A DNA stretch of 64,000 nt, taken from the NCBI RefSeq assembly GCF_902713615.1, contig NC_052166.1:45609870-45673869 (forward strand). Direction: 5' to 3'. This DNA is from Scyliorhinus canicula. Lineage: Eukaryota. Shown here piece after piece: positions 24,596 through 37,679 of this stretch (position 1 is the stretch's first letter; each line of letters opens with the position of its first letter). The translations under genes were made by a program, and so were the position numbers. The notes beneath the pieces are model-generated. The model had not been told where the DNA came from. It searched no databases and was given only the letters and a program-made list of their open reading frames with translations.

Positions 24596-26065
24596 CATTT
24601 GTCTCTAATTCCTGATCTCCTGTGTAAGGAATTCCACCAGCCTCTCAGTTGTCCACTGAGACGATAATGACGACACAGGGACCTCTGCCATTTTTTCCCC
24701 TCCTGTGACATGAGGGCCTTCCAAGTCAGACGACGACCCCTTATTCGAGTCGTTCCGTGTAATATAACTTCCAGACATCACCCCCGGGGGGGAGGAACCA
24801 AAGCTTTCAACTTACACCACTTTTTTCTCCAATAAACATCTGTTAAACAGGCAAAAAGGGATAAAAAAACTAATTCCCAAGCAGGAGCCACTTCATGTGC
24901 AACGGTTCACCACATGGCCACCAGCTGAAGTGATTTCAAGCCTTTTCAAGTGTTGAGGGCTTTCTAGGAAGGCTCAAACTCCAAAAGCACAGGGCTGAGG
25001 GAGCAGATAGGTAAAGGGTTCCTGGCTTGATTCTTCACTGAACTATCTGGTACGCACATCAGTTGTCAGGCAGAGCAGCTCAGGGTGAGAAGGCCACTTC
25101 AGGATTAAACAGGTCAGACCTGGATGAAGATGTTGAACAGAGGGCTGCCAGTGGTAACCATACCAAGAGTGATCTTCATGTTGTCCAGGGCTGGAAGAGA
25201 TAGTCCAGATATGGGATGCCAGCCCGTTAATGCATTTTAATGAATGTAGATTTGCTGTTTGCATGTTCCCCCCAGTGCAGGGCAGGAAGCCAGCTGTGGC
25301 CGGTGTGACAGGACCACCAGGCGCCGATACCGTTTCTGGCCCGATGCGGGATTCACCGCCCGACCGGGACTCCCAATCTTGGCAGTGGAGAACAAAGAAT
25401 CCCAGCCCCAATCTCCCAATGTTAACAAATCTTTAAAAAAGTTCCAGGATCCAGATCCTCCCCCCAAAATAATCTTATCTGTATGTCACATTTTGTTGTC
25501 ATTCAGCCATCAGTTATATATTGTTTGCAGAGACACAGCCTACAGGGGCAAAATCATTTACCTCCGCCCATCTTCAATGATGGAGGTAAAAATGAGTTGA
25601 ATACATCAAAGTGTCCTGAGGACAACATCAAATAGTATTAGAATGCTTCATCTTCTTATTGGTCCTCTATCGTCCAATCTCCCTGCCCCATTTCCCACCA
25701 ACTGCCAGTACCCATCACCCCCAGCTCAATGATTGCCCGCGGGTAATACTAGAATATAGCTGATAATCATGTCAAGTTTAATTTTAAGCAAAAATATTTC
25801 CTTACCAATTTTTTTTAACAGGTTTTTCTAAATGAAAAATAGAGCCCTTTTTGTCATTTAGCATCCTAATTAAATGTTAACTGAGTTACCGCTACTTTTG
25901 CCACTGCCTTATTGCTGACTCATGCTTGCAATCAGTTGTACTCGTTTTGAATGGACAATTTTGAATTTACGATGAGGATTTGTCAAGTGAGGAAAATATT
26001 TACATTTAATGGTGAGGATTGGACGTGGAATTTGGAGGCATTTTGCTTTGATAACCCAACATTTT

Positions 26066-26661
26066 GGGCGGGATTCTATAATAATGGGGTTATGTCCCCA
26101 AGCCGATGTGAAAACCGTCGGCAACGACTCCGGCGTCAACGGCCCCCGGAAAGTGAGGAATTCCCATCCCTCTAGGGGGCTAGGTTGCCACTGGGGTGGT
26201 CCGCGCAGCTCCAGCCAGCAGGGAATGGCCCGTGCGAGTCCGCGTATGCGCGGAGCGGGCGACGTATTTCCATGCATGCGTGGAACGGCCGGCATATTTC
26301 CGCGAATGCGCAGTGGTTCCCTTCTCTGCGCCGGCCCACGGGCAATATGGCGGAGCCCGACAGGGGCCCGGTGTGGAGTAACGTAGGCCCCCGGGGTTGG
26401 ATCTCCAGGATGGCCCCCACACACCTATCTTCCAGGTCTCGCCGTGTGGGAGGTGAGTAATCCACACCAGCGGGACTCAGCCGAACTCCTCAGCCACTCA
26501 GCCCATTGGGGCCCGGAGAATCTCTGGGTGGGGGGGGGCGGGGGGGGGGGGGAGGGTGGGGGTTGGGGGGGGGGGAGGGTGGGGGGTGCTGTAAACAGCC
26601 CCCAACCAGTGTGGCGCCGATCCCGCTGGCTCCCGAAAAACAGAGGCAGAGAATCCCGGTC
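26066..26661. mobile_element. GC-rich Harbinger-like MITE, TSD TTT
   Basis: GGGCGGGATTCT...AGAATCCCGGTC termini. TTT on both sides. Confidence 0.8.
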
Positions 26662-27016
26662 TTTGAGTGGGCTCATGAATAAAAAGAGATGACCATTATA
26701 ACTCTGATCATCACCCTTCCTTCTAGACCATTGGCCCTGTTACAAACAGGAAATTAATTCCTACCAAGAAGTGCTGTCAAATACAGCATATTTGACTGCA
26801 CTACCCACACTTGGGTGGTCATCACTATGGGTCCGAGGAAAATTAACTCTGTTGTATGCAACATGGTTTAACAGACCTATTGTTTGTAAACTGCATGACC
26901 TCTGACCTATTAGAAGAGATTCCCAAATTAGTAATATTTCTTAATTACAAAATCAAACTCGTACATCACATGATGTCCTAAATTGAAAAGCTAATATGCT
27001 GTACTATGGTACAGAG

Positions 27017-28537
27017 CAGTGTTTTTTGCCTGGGACCACTTTATGCTAACCGGCCATCCTATGGGACCCATGCTGGCTGACTTTCGTGACCCACACCGGC
27101 CAACCTTTGTGACCCATGTCAGCCGATCTTTGCGACCCACCATTTTCACTTACCTTTAATGTGACAGATGAGCCTGCTTTGTGTCATTTGCTTTGTTATC
27201 CAATGCTACATTTCTGATAATGACTTCTGCTGATGATTTAAAGTCTCACTGCATCCGTTGAAAAATGTTTGTCCTCAAACTCGCCATGTTTAGTCTTCAA
27301 ATGTCTTTGAAGATTTGAGGGTTTTAAACTTTAATTTGCCAATAGTATCCTGCATATAACACACATGGGGTTTGCATCCTGATTTGCATTGGAACAATTA
27401 ATAACCCATCCCTCAAGTAATCATCTGTGTGCTGTTCCTGTTTTCAGCTTCTTCTTCATGGGTTGTTCACCAAAGGCTCAGGAGTTCTCACCAGCATTGC
27501 TGGCAGCTACAAAATTGAGGACTCTCTCTGGTGGCCAGAACACGCGACGTCAGCCCACGGGGCACTTGACCTGCCCTCTGCCGCCGCTCTTGATGGGAGG
27601 ATTTGATTTGATTTATTATTGTCACATGTATTAATATACTGTGAAAAGTATTATTTCTTGCATGCTGTACAAACAATGCATTACCGTACATAGGGAAGGA
27701 AGGAGAGACTGCAGAATATAATGTTACAGTTATAGTAAGTTGTAGAGAAAAGATCAACTTAATACGAGGTAGGTCCATTCAAAAGTCTGATGGCAGTAGG
27801 GAAGAAGCTGTTCTTGCGTCGGTTGGTACATGATCTCAAACTTTGGTATCTTTTTCCTGATGGAAGAAGGTGGAAGAGAGTATGTCCGGGGTGCGTGGGG
27901 TCCTTAATTATGCTGGATGCCTTTCTGAGGCAGCAGGAATTATAGATAGCGTCAATGGATGGGAGGCTAGTTTGCCTGTTGGATTAGGCTACATTCACAA
28001 CCTTTTGTAGTTTCCTGCGGTCTTGGGCAGAGCAGGCTCCATACCAAGCTGTGATACAACCAGAAAGAATGCTTTCTATGGTGCATCTGTAGAAGATGGT
28101 GAGAGTCGTAGGTGACATGACAAATTTCCTTAGTCTTCTGAGAAAGTTGGTGGGCTTTATTAACTATAGTGTAGGCATGGGGGGACCAGGACAGGTTGTT
28201 GATGATCTGGACACCTAAAACCTTGAAGCGCTCGACCCTTTCTACTTCGTTCCCATTGATGTAGACTCCCTCGGTTCCTGAAAAAGACTGGCACGCTGAT
28301 ATCAGGAGGAGGCGGTCCATCCCGCTGGGCTCCAGGCCTGTGCTTGCTTGATCCGGCACGCGTGCACGGGATGGTCAGCAATCTCAAAGGTCCATCCCCG
28401 CCGGCATTCTTAAAGGCCGGTCGCGGCAGTTGGGCATTCCTCCCGCGATCTGGAATGCAGCAACCGAGCATCGCGACCCTCCCGAAACCTGCCCCCGATC
28501 CATCCGCAGGGCGCAACCCTGAGTTTGAAAACCCCCG
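27017..28537. mobile_element. Non-autonomous hAT (Charlie-like) element containing a nested LINE
   Basis: Ends CAGTGTTTTTT and GTTTGAAAACCCCCG. 8-bp TSD GTACAGAG (27009-27016) / GTATAGAG (28538-28545). About four ~22-bp subterminal GACCCA repeats at 27050-27142. Confidence 0.7.
27599..28266 (-). mobile_element. 3' fragment of a Rex1/Babar-like LINE
   Basis: Minus-strand INGNEVERVERFKVLGVQIINNLSWS...KAHQ. 3' end ...CTTTTCACAGTATATTAATACATGTGACAATAATAAATCAAATCAAAT. Confidence 0.75.
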
Positions 28538-30539
28538 GTATAGAGGGTTACCAGTTCAGTTTTGTGTCCACGTTTTTCTCCATACAGGTGCTGGTAAAAA
28601 AAATCATAGAAAACGGTCGTGATTGTCAGTATACTACTTTGCAGATGCATTTACAATAATTATGAAAGATTGGTGGTTTCTCAGATCATGGTGGAACATT
28701 CTTGAAGGGCTGATCTTCATGGAAATCTTTGTTTTTTTTTTGAGGAGTGGACCTGAATATTTAGATTGGAACTTTGCTGCAATTTATCAAGTTGTGTACT
28801 TACAAATTGCAGACTGCTCTCGAATCTCCACTCTCTCCATCCTGCTGCCCACATTCCTGAATGTAATAAATATTCCCAGAAATGTTACCACAGAGGCTGG
28901 GTCCTTTTGTGGCAGGATTGCTCACTGCATTGATTTGGGTGCTTTCACCAGACAATACAGTTGTCAAATGAACATTCAGGGCAGTTATGGATGGTTTTTT
29001 TTTCCAGTTACAATTCTAATTACTTATTCTGAAAGCAAGAGGCGAGTCGACAAACATGGAGGAAACCTTCACCAGTTACTGTAACAGTTGACTATGTAAA
29101 GAAATGCAATTACTTCAATTCCAGCAAAGAATATAATGATTTGCAGATTCAATTTCAATAAACTTCATTGTGAAAAAAAAGCACACTTGCAGTGAAATAT
29201 AATCAATCTAATTTCCACTAACCGAAACTGGGCAGGCAAATACTCTGCACCTAGTTCTCCTACATCAACATGGTTATCGACCAAAGTTTTATTCCCTGCC
29301 TGTCAATAGTATAACTTTTCCCTCATTGCAAACACATTCCACCCCTTCATTTCACTTTCCCTTGCGCCTTCAACCTCCCCTCAGCCTGTGCATGCAGGCA
29401 CATATTTTTTGAGGGAGGCTGCGAGAGGGAAATAGCCAGTATACCCTGTTTCCAGTCAGAATCCAGCAACATCTGCCGGGAGTACATGTGTGTCGACATT
29501 GTTGAGGAACTGGATCGGGTTGACTATGATGCCCCGAGGGTAATATAGTTTGCTGATCATTACCCAGGCTCAACTCATGAATAATGACTACTCGGATAGT
29601 GAAAAATACAAGTAGGTGCCTGTTCAAAATCACGTAACAATTAAAGGGTTAATTAGAAAAATAATTCAATATAGAAAGGGCAAATGGCAATGTGAAATTC
29701 TCTGCTACAGGCCATTGTTGAAGCAAAGTCCACAAATTCCTTTAAGCGAGGAAAAAAAGGTTTTGTGCTCCAACTTTCAATGTACGCCACCACAAAATGA
29801 ATACCTTCAGGAAGGGGAAGAATTAGTAGAAAAGAGCAGCAAAGAAGAAACTGTTAAATAATCAAAACTGGGGCAGGTTTTGTCAAAAGGTTCGTCACAG
29901 TTTGTAAATTTGTTAATTTGCGTATTGAGTTGTGAACAGTGCAGGAGTTAGTTTGTCCTGTTGTTGATCCAATATGTTATGTCACACATGCTCCATTCAA
30001 AGGCAGATCCTTGATTCATTGCTGGTGCGTCATCCTGAGCCATTTTCATAGCAGTGTTTGTCAGTGGTAGTTTGGCATTACCTTGCACCCTCAGGGACAG
30101 GGCAAGAAGGTTGCCTACTCTGCCATACCCTCCTATCAGTCTATCTTAGCTGGAACAGGAATCAAACCTGCATTATTCTGACTCACAAGCTAGCCATCTA
30201 GCCAACTAAGCTAACTGTGATGCACTAAGGCAAACATTTGTCTGTTTCCATAGCTAGTAATTCCAGAACAGGTCACTAGTCTGTCGCCAGGGACTTATAG
30301 CTTCAGAGACACCACTCCACATTAAACGTGGCTGACCAGGATTTCTCCTATTCTTACCACCAACCACTGGCTTGGGAGGATTTTCAGGTTGACACACTCA
30401 GCCTGTTTGATCGTATAATGAACGCACCTTCCTTGGCCATCAAGTCCCGGGATGGGATCGAACCCGAAGCTTTTGGTCCAGCAGCAGGGACTTTACCACC
30501 TCATTACTCTAGACCTAATACTTAGCTGAGCGAATGATT

Positions 30540-31394
30540 TGCATGGTGAAATCCCAATTCTTCATAATCGACAGACCAAGCAAAGCCTACAAATTGCATG
30601 TTACATCTAAGAGCTCATGTTTGCAGACCAGTGCATACCTATTTACATACTCCTAAATATTCTATTTTCTCGGAAACTAGAGAGCACCTTGCAAAACTGC
30701 ATGAGAAGTGGTCAACTGTACAATACAAATTCAGGTACAGTTGAGGCAACAAGTTTGCATCTAGGATTCCACAAAAGGTACTCAACAACCAGCTGAGGTG
30801 ACAAGAATTCATTCGGGACCAAGCTTCTATAAAGTCATTACACGCAAGCGCAATGGTGAGGCATTACCGAGGACAAATCAGATCCATTCCAGCTCCTAAA
30901 CTGTTGTGCATTCCTACTGCATCTAGGAAACGATCCCAGATGCAACAAGGAACAATATCCAAGAATGACAATCCCACGGATCACTGTGAGCAATTACAGA
31001 CACCTCCAGAAAAGGTTACCATTACACGATCTGGGCATATTGGCAGATTACCTCCATGGTTTAGAGGCTCATAGATTCATCAGTTATGTAATGGCAACTA
31101 GACAAGAACATGTATTATAAATAGATACACTTCTTTGGAACAAGGAAATATATTTTAAAAAGGGGAGATGTTGTAATCTTCCTTTTAGGGGTAGCAGCAT
31201 GCTATTCACAAGAAAGGAAGTGTGTCCTGTTTTAGTTTTGCCTTTGCTTTCAGCAGAGCATGCATTCTTATGTCTTCAAACTTTGTATCGATGTATATCT
31301 GTTCACGTGCCTCAAATTAATAAATGGACCCCCAACATGCTTACCCAATCCCTTATAAATGATTAGTGCCTTTATATCATTAGAACACACAACA
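30540..31394 (+). mobile_element. Gypsy-like LTR retrotransposon 3' relic (pol end, PPT, 3' LTR 31169-31394)
   Basis: ITRSG..PP pol-end motif. Polypurine tract AAAAAGGGGAGA directly before TGTTGT. AATAAA inside. Ends ACAACA. Confidence 0.65.
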
Positions 31395-31998
31395 CCATGG
31401 ATTCAGCTTCCTTGGCCCTACGTCCTGGCGTTGCCTCCACAAACCCATCCGTCTCTACACCTCCCTCTCTTCCTTTAAGTCTCTCCTTAAAACCTACCTC
31501 TTTCCTGATCTGTCCTTAGATCTCTTTCTGTGACTCGGTATCAAATATTGTCTGATAACACTACTGATAAGTTCCTTGGAATGTCTAACAATGCTACAAA
31601 CACTAGATAAATACCAAGGTTGTAAATGGTTTTGTTCAGCCTCAGGCTATGGCCAGAGAGAAAGATAGAGTTGATAGCTGAAGATTGGAGTTTGTGGCAG
31701 GGACCAAAGACAATGACTTCAGTCTTCCCAGAACTTCATTGAAGGATATTTACTGACAAAAATCAATAAGCTAATTCATATTATGTTTTAGAACAGTTCA
31801 ACTATACAAACTTCAAGCTCTGAGTGGATATTACTAGGGAGAGGGAGGGGAAGGAGATATTTTGATTTATAAGATGATGCGATGTAGGAGCAGAGGCAGG
31901 CCATTCAGCCCATCGCATCCACCATTCAGTTGGATCGTGACGAATTTGATACGATAATCCTCAACTCCACTTTCCCACCTTAAACCTTGACTCCCTTA

Positions 31999-32295
31999 TG
32001 TTGTGTCCTGTGATCTTGTTTCTGCCATGATTCTACAGAACTGCTGGTGACTTAACTAGAATGATGATATATTGATGTAACCGTGGTAAGGTAACAATCA
32101 GAACGCTATACAGACCAAGTTATCATTGTTACATTAGACTCTCCTGGAACTACCCTTATGTGCAACTGTCCTATTGTATGCCTTACAACCTTCTGCCTCT
32201 AGCCGGATGTCACATGACTGATGTCTTCTGCCACCTGCTGGTGGGAGGTCGCACTGCTGAGTGCATGTAATATTATTCACAGGCATATCACTACA
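31999..32295. mobile_element. Solo LTR with 5-bp TSD, inserted in a CR1 3' fragment (~31885-32510, minus)
   Basis: TGTTGTG...CACTACA termini. CCTTA at 31994-31998 and 32296-32300. Confidence 0.75.
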
Positions 32296-33689
32296 CCTTA
32301 CTGGTTAAGCATACTTAATGACCCAGCCTCTACAGCTCCCTGCAATAAAGGTTTCCAAGGATTCACCACCGTCTGAGAGAATAAATTCCTCCTCATCTCT
32401 GACTTAAATGGGTTCCTTACTCTGAGATTATACCTTCTGATCCGAGGCTCTCCCACAAAGAGAAAGAACCTTTCAGCATCTACCCTGTCAAGCCCGCTGA
32501 GAACCCTGAGATCTTTATAAAAAAATATATTTATATATATTTAGAAAAATGTTAATTCAATGGGCCAGCTTTGCACACAGGTAACAAAGAAACGGCACCA
32601 TGTATTTTCCTAAATGTGAATAAAGAAGTCACAAAATTATGTCGAGTTCATTGTTATCCGTTGGAAATTAGAATTTCATCTCAAGCAGCCAAGTGATCAG
32701 GTTCAAATGACATTTCAAATCGTTGAATGTGAAATGGATACTGCAGGATGAGGGAAGGGAACAGAGATGTCTCATGATGGTGAATAATGATTTTGCAAAT
32801 GAAACAATCCTAATAGCTTGAACTGCTTCTGAGATTCCTTGCTTTCGAAACCGGTTGTGAATAGAGCAGTCAGAATGAGATCATCTACACACACTGTACT
32901 GCCAGCCATGTCTTCCGTGGAACACGTAGCAACATGACTCACGCAGTGGGCAGGTAACATTCCAGATTCCATTTTATTTCACGTCATCATGAAGACCATA
33001 GTGAAATTAAGAAACTTGGTGAAAACCTTGTACTTTCAAGTAGGTCATTCTTTCCATTGTTTGGCTGGCAGCTAGAAGAAAAATGGCACTTTATTGTAAG
33101 ATCAGCCTTGTTGCCCTAGTTACAGAACAAACTTGCATTTCCCTCCCCAAAAAAGCCAAGTGCTTTTAACCTCGGACTCCTAAATATTTCACGAGAGGGC
33201 ATTTAAAGAATGAAGTCAGATAAAGCCATTTCTGAACCCTACTGACGCATATACTGGGCAAATTGTTGTCCCTAGCATTTGGAGATGGTAATTGTGTTTG
33301 TGTTATTTAGGGCTCTGAACTTAAGACTCTCCATTGTTTCTGAATCTCTCTATTGCCACGAATAGTCAATTGGCCATTGCCATCTATAGCCAGTTGGGTC
33401 AATATGTTGCCATGGAGCTTGAAGTAAATTTTATGAGATGGAAAATTGCAGTTTTCAATGAAGTGCTTTTATGTTGACAGATTCTAGCATTGCTTAATAG
33501 ACTTGTGGTCAATGGTTTACCAATCCAGACTCAAGTTTTGAAATTATAGTGATAATGCATGTGATTAGTAGCACAAATAATAGTTTCATCTCCTTATTTC
33601 TCTCTCCTGAAGGTATTGTGTCCTTATTGGTGCCTGGTCCACTGTTCTTTCTGTCAATGACTGATTTTTCATGTGTGAACCTTAACAGT

Positions 33690-35080
33690 TATAGAAACAT
33701 AGAAAATAGGATCAGGAGGAGGCCATTCGGCCCTTCGAGCCTGTTCCGTCATTCATTATGATCATGGGTGATCATCCAACTCAATAGCCTGATCCCGCTT
33801 TCCCCCATATTCTTTTGATCCCCTGCACTCCAAGTACTTCATCTAACTGCTCCTCGAAAGCTTACAATGTTCTGGCTTCAACTACTTTCTGTGGTATTGA
33901 ATTCCACTGGCCAACCACTCTCTGGGTGAAGATATTTCTCCTCATCTCTGTCCTAAATGGTCTACTCTGTTTCCTCAAATTGTGACCACTGGTTCTGGAC
34001 ACTCCCACAATTGGGAATACCCTTACCGCCAGCTGCACCTGCATGCTTACCTTAAGTGATTGGTGTACGAGGACACAGGTCTCGTTGCACATTACCCTCT
34101 CCTAATTTATGGCCATTGAGATAATAGTCTGCCTTCTTGGTTTTGCAACCAAAGTGGAGAAACTCACATTTATCAAAATCCTACTGCATCTCTGTATCCT
34201 CCTGACAGCTCACCTTCCCACCCAACTTGGTGTCATCTGCAAATTTGGAGATACTGCATTTTGTTTCCTCATCTAAGCCATGAATATATATTGTGAATAG
34301 CTGGGGTCCCAGCACCAATCCCTGCGATACCCCACTAGTCACTGCCTGCCATTTGACAAAAGACCTGTTAATTCCTACTCTTTGTTTCCTGTCTACCAAC
34401 CAGTTTTCTATCCATCTCAGTACTCTATTCCTAATCCCACGTGCTTTAATTCTACACGCTCATCTCTTATGTGGGACTTTGTCAAAAGCCTTCTGAAAGT
34501 CCAAATAAACCACATCCACTGGCTCCCTCTCATCAGCTCTACTAGTTACATCCTCGAAGAATTCTAGTAGATTTGTCAAGCATGATTTCTCTTTCATAAT
34601 AAATTCATGCTGACTCTGATCGATCCTGGCACTGTTTTCTAAGTGTTCGCTCATAAAACCTTAGATAATGGTTCCAAAATTTTCCCCACTACCGACATCA
34701 GACTGACTGGTCTACAATTCCCTGTTTTCTCTCTAACCTCCCTTTTTAAATAGTGAGGTTACATTTAGCTATCCTCCAATCTGTAGGAACGGTTCCATAG
34801 TCGATAGAATCTTGGAAGATGACCATCAACGTATCCATTATTTCTAGAGCCACATCCTTAAGTACTCCAGGAAATAGATTTTTAGGCCCTGGGGATTAAT
34901 CAGCCTTCAATCCCATGAATTTCCCCAACACCATTTCTCTACTAATATTTATCTCCTTCAGTTCTTCCCTCTCACTAAACTCTGCGTTCCCAACATTTCT
35001 GGCATCTTATTTGTGTCCTCATTTGTGAAGATAGAACCTATATATGTAATTAGTTGCTCAGCCATTTCTTTGTCCCCCAC
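33690..35080 (-). mobile_element. Degenerate CR1 LINE (RT and 3' UTR)
   Basis: KSCLTNLLEFFE...DVVYLDFQKAFDKVPH, SGVSQGLVLGP, KFADDTKLGG. (TTTCTAT) tail at ~33690. Confidence 0.9.
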
Positions 35081-36251
35081 CGTAAATTGTTTGTACACTT
35101 TGACTACGGAAATGACTGCATCACAGCGAAATCCCATCCAGCGGATGGCTAAGAATGTGTACAGGCAACAGCCATTTAGATAGAAACCAGGGATGGAAAC
35201 CCTTACCTATTCTCTCCCCCTAATGTAGCTGGCTCCAAAACTTTGGAGGCTGTGATCTCAGCAGTTAGGTTGGGATGAAATGTGTCATGGACCATCGGTA
35301 CTGATCCCATTCGAGATGACTGGGTCAGTGGAAGGTTATTTTACTTGCATGGGGCCAACAATCGCCTGATTCACTACTGCTGCATTCTCAAGATCTGGTT
35401 TGAAAGTCCGGCAACTGCCCGACATTGGTGGGGAGAGACAGTACACTTAGGCTCAACCCTTCCCCACCTCACCCAGCCACTGCATTAAAGTACCACTATA
35501 CATTCCATTGTGAAAAATGCAACACATTTTCAAAACCCGGATGTACCATTTTATGAGGATTCAGGCTGTTTAAATGGACTGTATGCCCCTGAGGTGTGAC
35601 TTTCTAATGCCCATGTTGAGGCTGGCATGTCTCATATTGATTCAAAATTCCTTTCATTAAAACTTTAATGCATGAATCAGAAGACTTAAAAATTGGGATT
35701 TTATATTCCATGCAACATTGTAGAATCTTCCAGAATGGGAGGCCATTCGGTCCATTGCGCCTGTTGAAAGAAATATCAAATTGACTCCCTAGCCAAGCAT
35801 ATCCCTGCAAATTTGTCCTATTCAAGTACGACTTTTGCCTTTTGAAAGTTTCTATGGAATTTGACTCTACCTCAATTTCAGGTAGCATACTCAAGCATTT
35901 AGCAACCTTCTCTGGGAAGAAATGTCTCCATATTACCCCTCTAGTCCCTTTTGCCATTTATTTTAAACTTTGACCTCTGGTTACCCACTTGTCATAGCAA
36001 ATGGTTTCATCCTACTACCTCTATCAAAACCCATCATAACTTTGTGTACCTCTATTAGCTTTCTCTGCTTGAAGGTGAACAATCCCAGTTTCTGAAATCT
36101 CTGCACATAACTGAACTCCTTCATCGCTGCTGTCATCCTGGTAAACATCATTTGTACCCTCTCAAGGGCCTTAACATCCTACCTAAATTTTGTGGCCAGA
36201 ATAGGACACAATATTTGAGGCTGAGCCTGTCATTTGTAAAGATTTAGCATA

Positions 36252-36477
36252 GGGGCAGCACGGTGGCTCAGTGAGTAGCACTGCTGCCTCACGGCGCCGA
36301 GGTCCCAAGTTCAATCCCAGCTCTGGATCACTGTCCGTGTGGGGTTTGCACATTCTCCCCGTGTTTGCGTGGGTTTCGCCCCCACAACTCAAAGATGTGC
36401 AGGGTAGGTGGATTGGTCACACTAAATTGCTGCTTAATTGGAAAAAATGAATTGGGTACTTTAAATTTATTTTTAAA
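36252..36477 (+). mobile_element. Short V-SINE variant, A-rich tail (type C), 14-bp TSD
   Basis: AAAGATTTAGCATA at 36238-36251 and 36478-36491. Confidence 0.88.
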
Positions 36478-36566
36478 AAAGATTTAGCATAACTTTCATC
36501 TTTTTCTATTCTATGCTCCCATTCAAAGCCATGTAACCCATACACTTTCTTAACTACGTTCTCAAC

Positions 36567-36902
36567 GTAGCATGGTGGTTAGCATCAATGCTTCACAGCT
36601 CCAGGGTCCCAGGTTCGATTCCCGGCTGGGTCACTGTCTGTGTGGAGTCTGCACGTCCTCCCCGTGTGCGCGTGGGTTTCCTCCGGGTGCTCCGGTTTCC
36701 TCCCACAGTCCAAAGATGTGCGGGTTAGGTGGATTGGCCATGCTAAATTGCCCGTAGTGTAAGGTTAATGGGGGGATTGTTGGGTTACGGGTATACGGGT
36801 TACGTGGGTTTAAGTGGGGTGATCATTGTTCGGCACAACATCGAGGGCCGAAGGGCCTGTTCTGTGCTGTACTGTTCTATGTTCTATGTTCTATGTTCTA
36901 TG
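36567..36902 (+). mobile_element. V-SINE (HE1-like), CR1-type tail (type A)
   Basis: 3' end CAACATCGAGGGCCGAAGGGCCTGT...(TTCTATG)n matches the CR1 tail at ~7629-7679. Confidence 0.9.
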
Positions 36903-37679
36903 CATCCGTCCCTCTGCTCTTGCAATGTCCTCAAAAGTACCATTGAGATTTTACTGCCCCACCATGTTGTTCCTCTCAAAATACCATCACATTTATTGGC
37001 ATTGAAGTGAATCTGCTACTTGTCTGCCCATTTCACTGGTCTGCCTATGTCCTCTACTATCCCGTTCAATATTTACCACACCGTCTAGTTTTGTATCATC
37101 TACAACATTAAAGTTGCACTCCCTGTACACAAAGCTAAGTCATTTATACACAAGAGAAATATATCAATGGTCCCAATATTGACCTCTGAAGGACCCCACT
37201 ATATGCTTCCCTCCAGTCAGAAAATAATCTGTCCACTATTACTCTCTGCTTTCTATCTCTTAGCCAATTTCATATCCAAGTCACCACTGTCCTTTTAATC
37301 CCACGTGTTTCTACTCTCTGGATAAATCTGTTTGATAATACTTAATGAGAAGCCTATTGAAAATCTATATGAGTAACATTTATTGCATTACCTTCAGCAA
37401 CATTATCTGTTACTTAATTGAAGAATTTAATCAGGTTAGTCAGAAATAATTTATCTTTAACAAAATTGTGTTGGCTGTCCTTTTATTAACCTGACCTTTT
37501 CAAAGTTAAAATTAATTTTGTTCTTGATCGTGTCCTCTAACAGTTTTTCCATCATTAGCTTTAGACTCAGGTGTCCTTTGTCACAAGATTTAACAACCTT
37601 CCCTTTTCGAACAGGTGCTTAACATTTGCAGTCAGTTTTCCAGTCCCCTAGCACCATTTTCATATCCAAGGAAGATAGA

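Larger units (their letters stand above)
20325..24932 (-). mobile_element. Degenerate L1-clade LINE (5' UTR, ORF1, endonuclease, RT) with nested SINEs and a MITE
   Basis: ORF1 C-terminus KERILRW...VRIYQDVGAELAK...FGVVYPAQL. EN PDWDD...LIMGG. RT GKAPGLDRFPVEFYK and CPLPPLLFTLAIEPL...SLYADNLL. Many frameshifts. Confidence 0.88.
35715..37679 (-). mobile_element. Older degenerate CR1 LINE with nested SINEs
   Basis: CR1 3' end translation (AKGTRG..RHFF..KV) and degenerate RT segments. Interrupted at 36252 and ~36567. Confidence 0.65.

Noticed and set aside
23947-24711. Overlapping 100-250 aa ORFs in GC-rich patches (also near 9739, 14037, 26009, 37632, 38970, 40931, 45937)
   Set aside because: All lie within TIR-bounded MITEs. 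High GC removes stop codons and no transposase motifs are present.
27050-27142. Short ~22-bp direct repeats as a possible CRISPR-like array
   Set aside because: Head-to-tail degenerate repeats without unique spacers, in a eukaryotic hAT subterminal region, with no cas genes.
28623-29084. 153-aa hydrophobic ORF in unique sequence
   Set aside because: Non-ATG start, T-rich composition, no recognisable family and no convincing splice structure.
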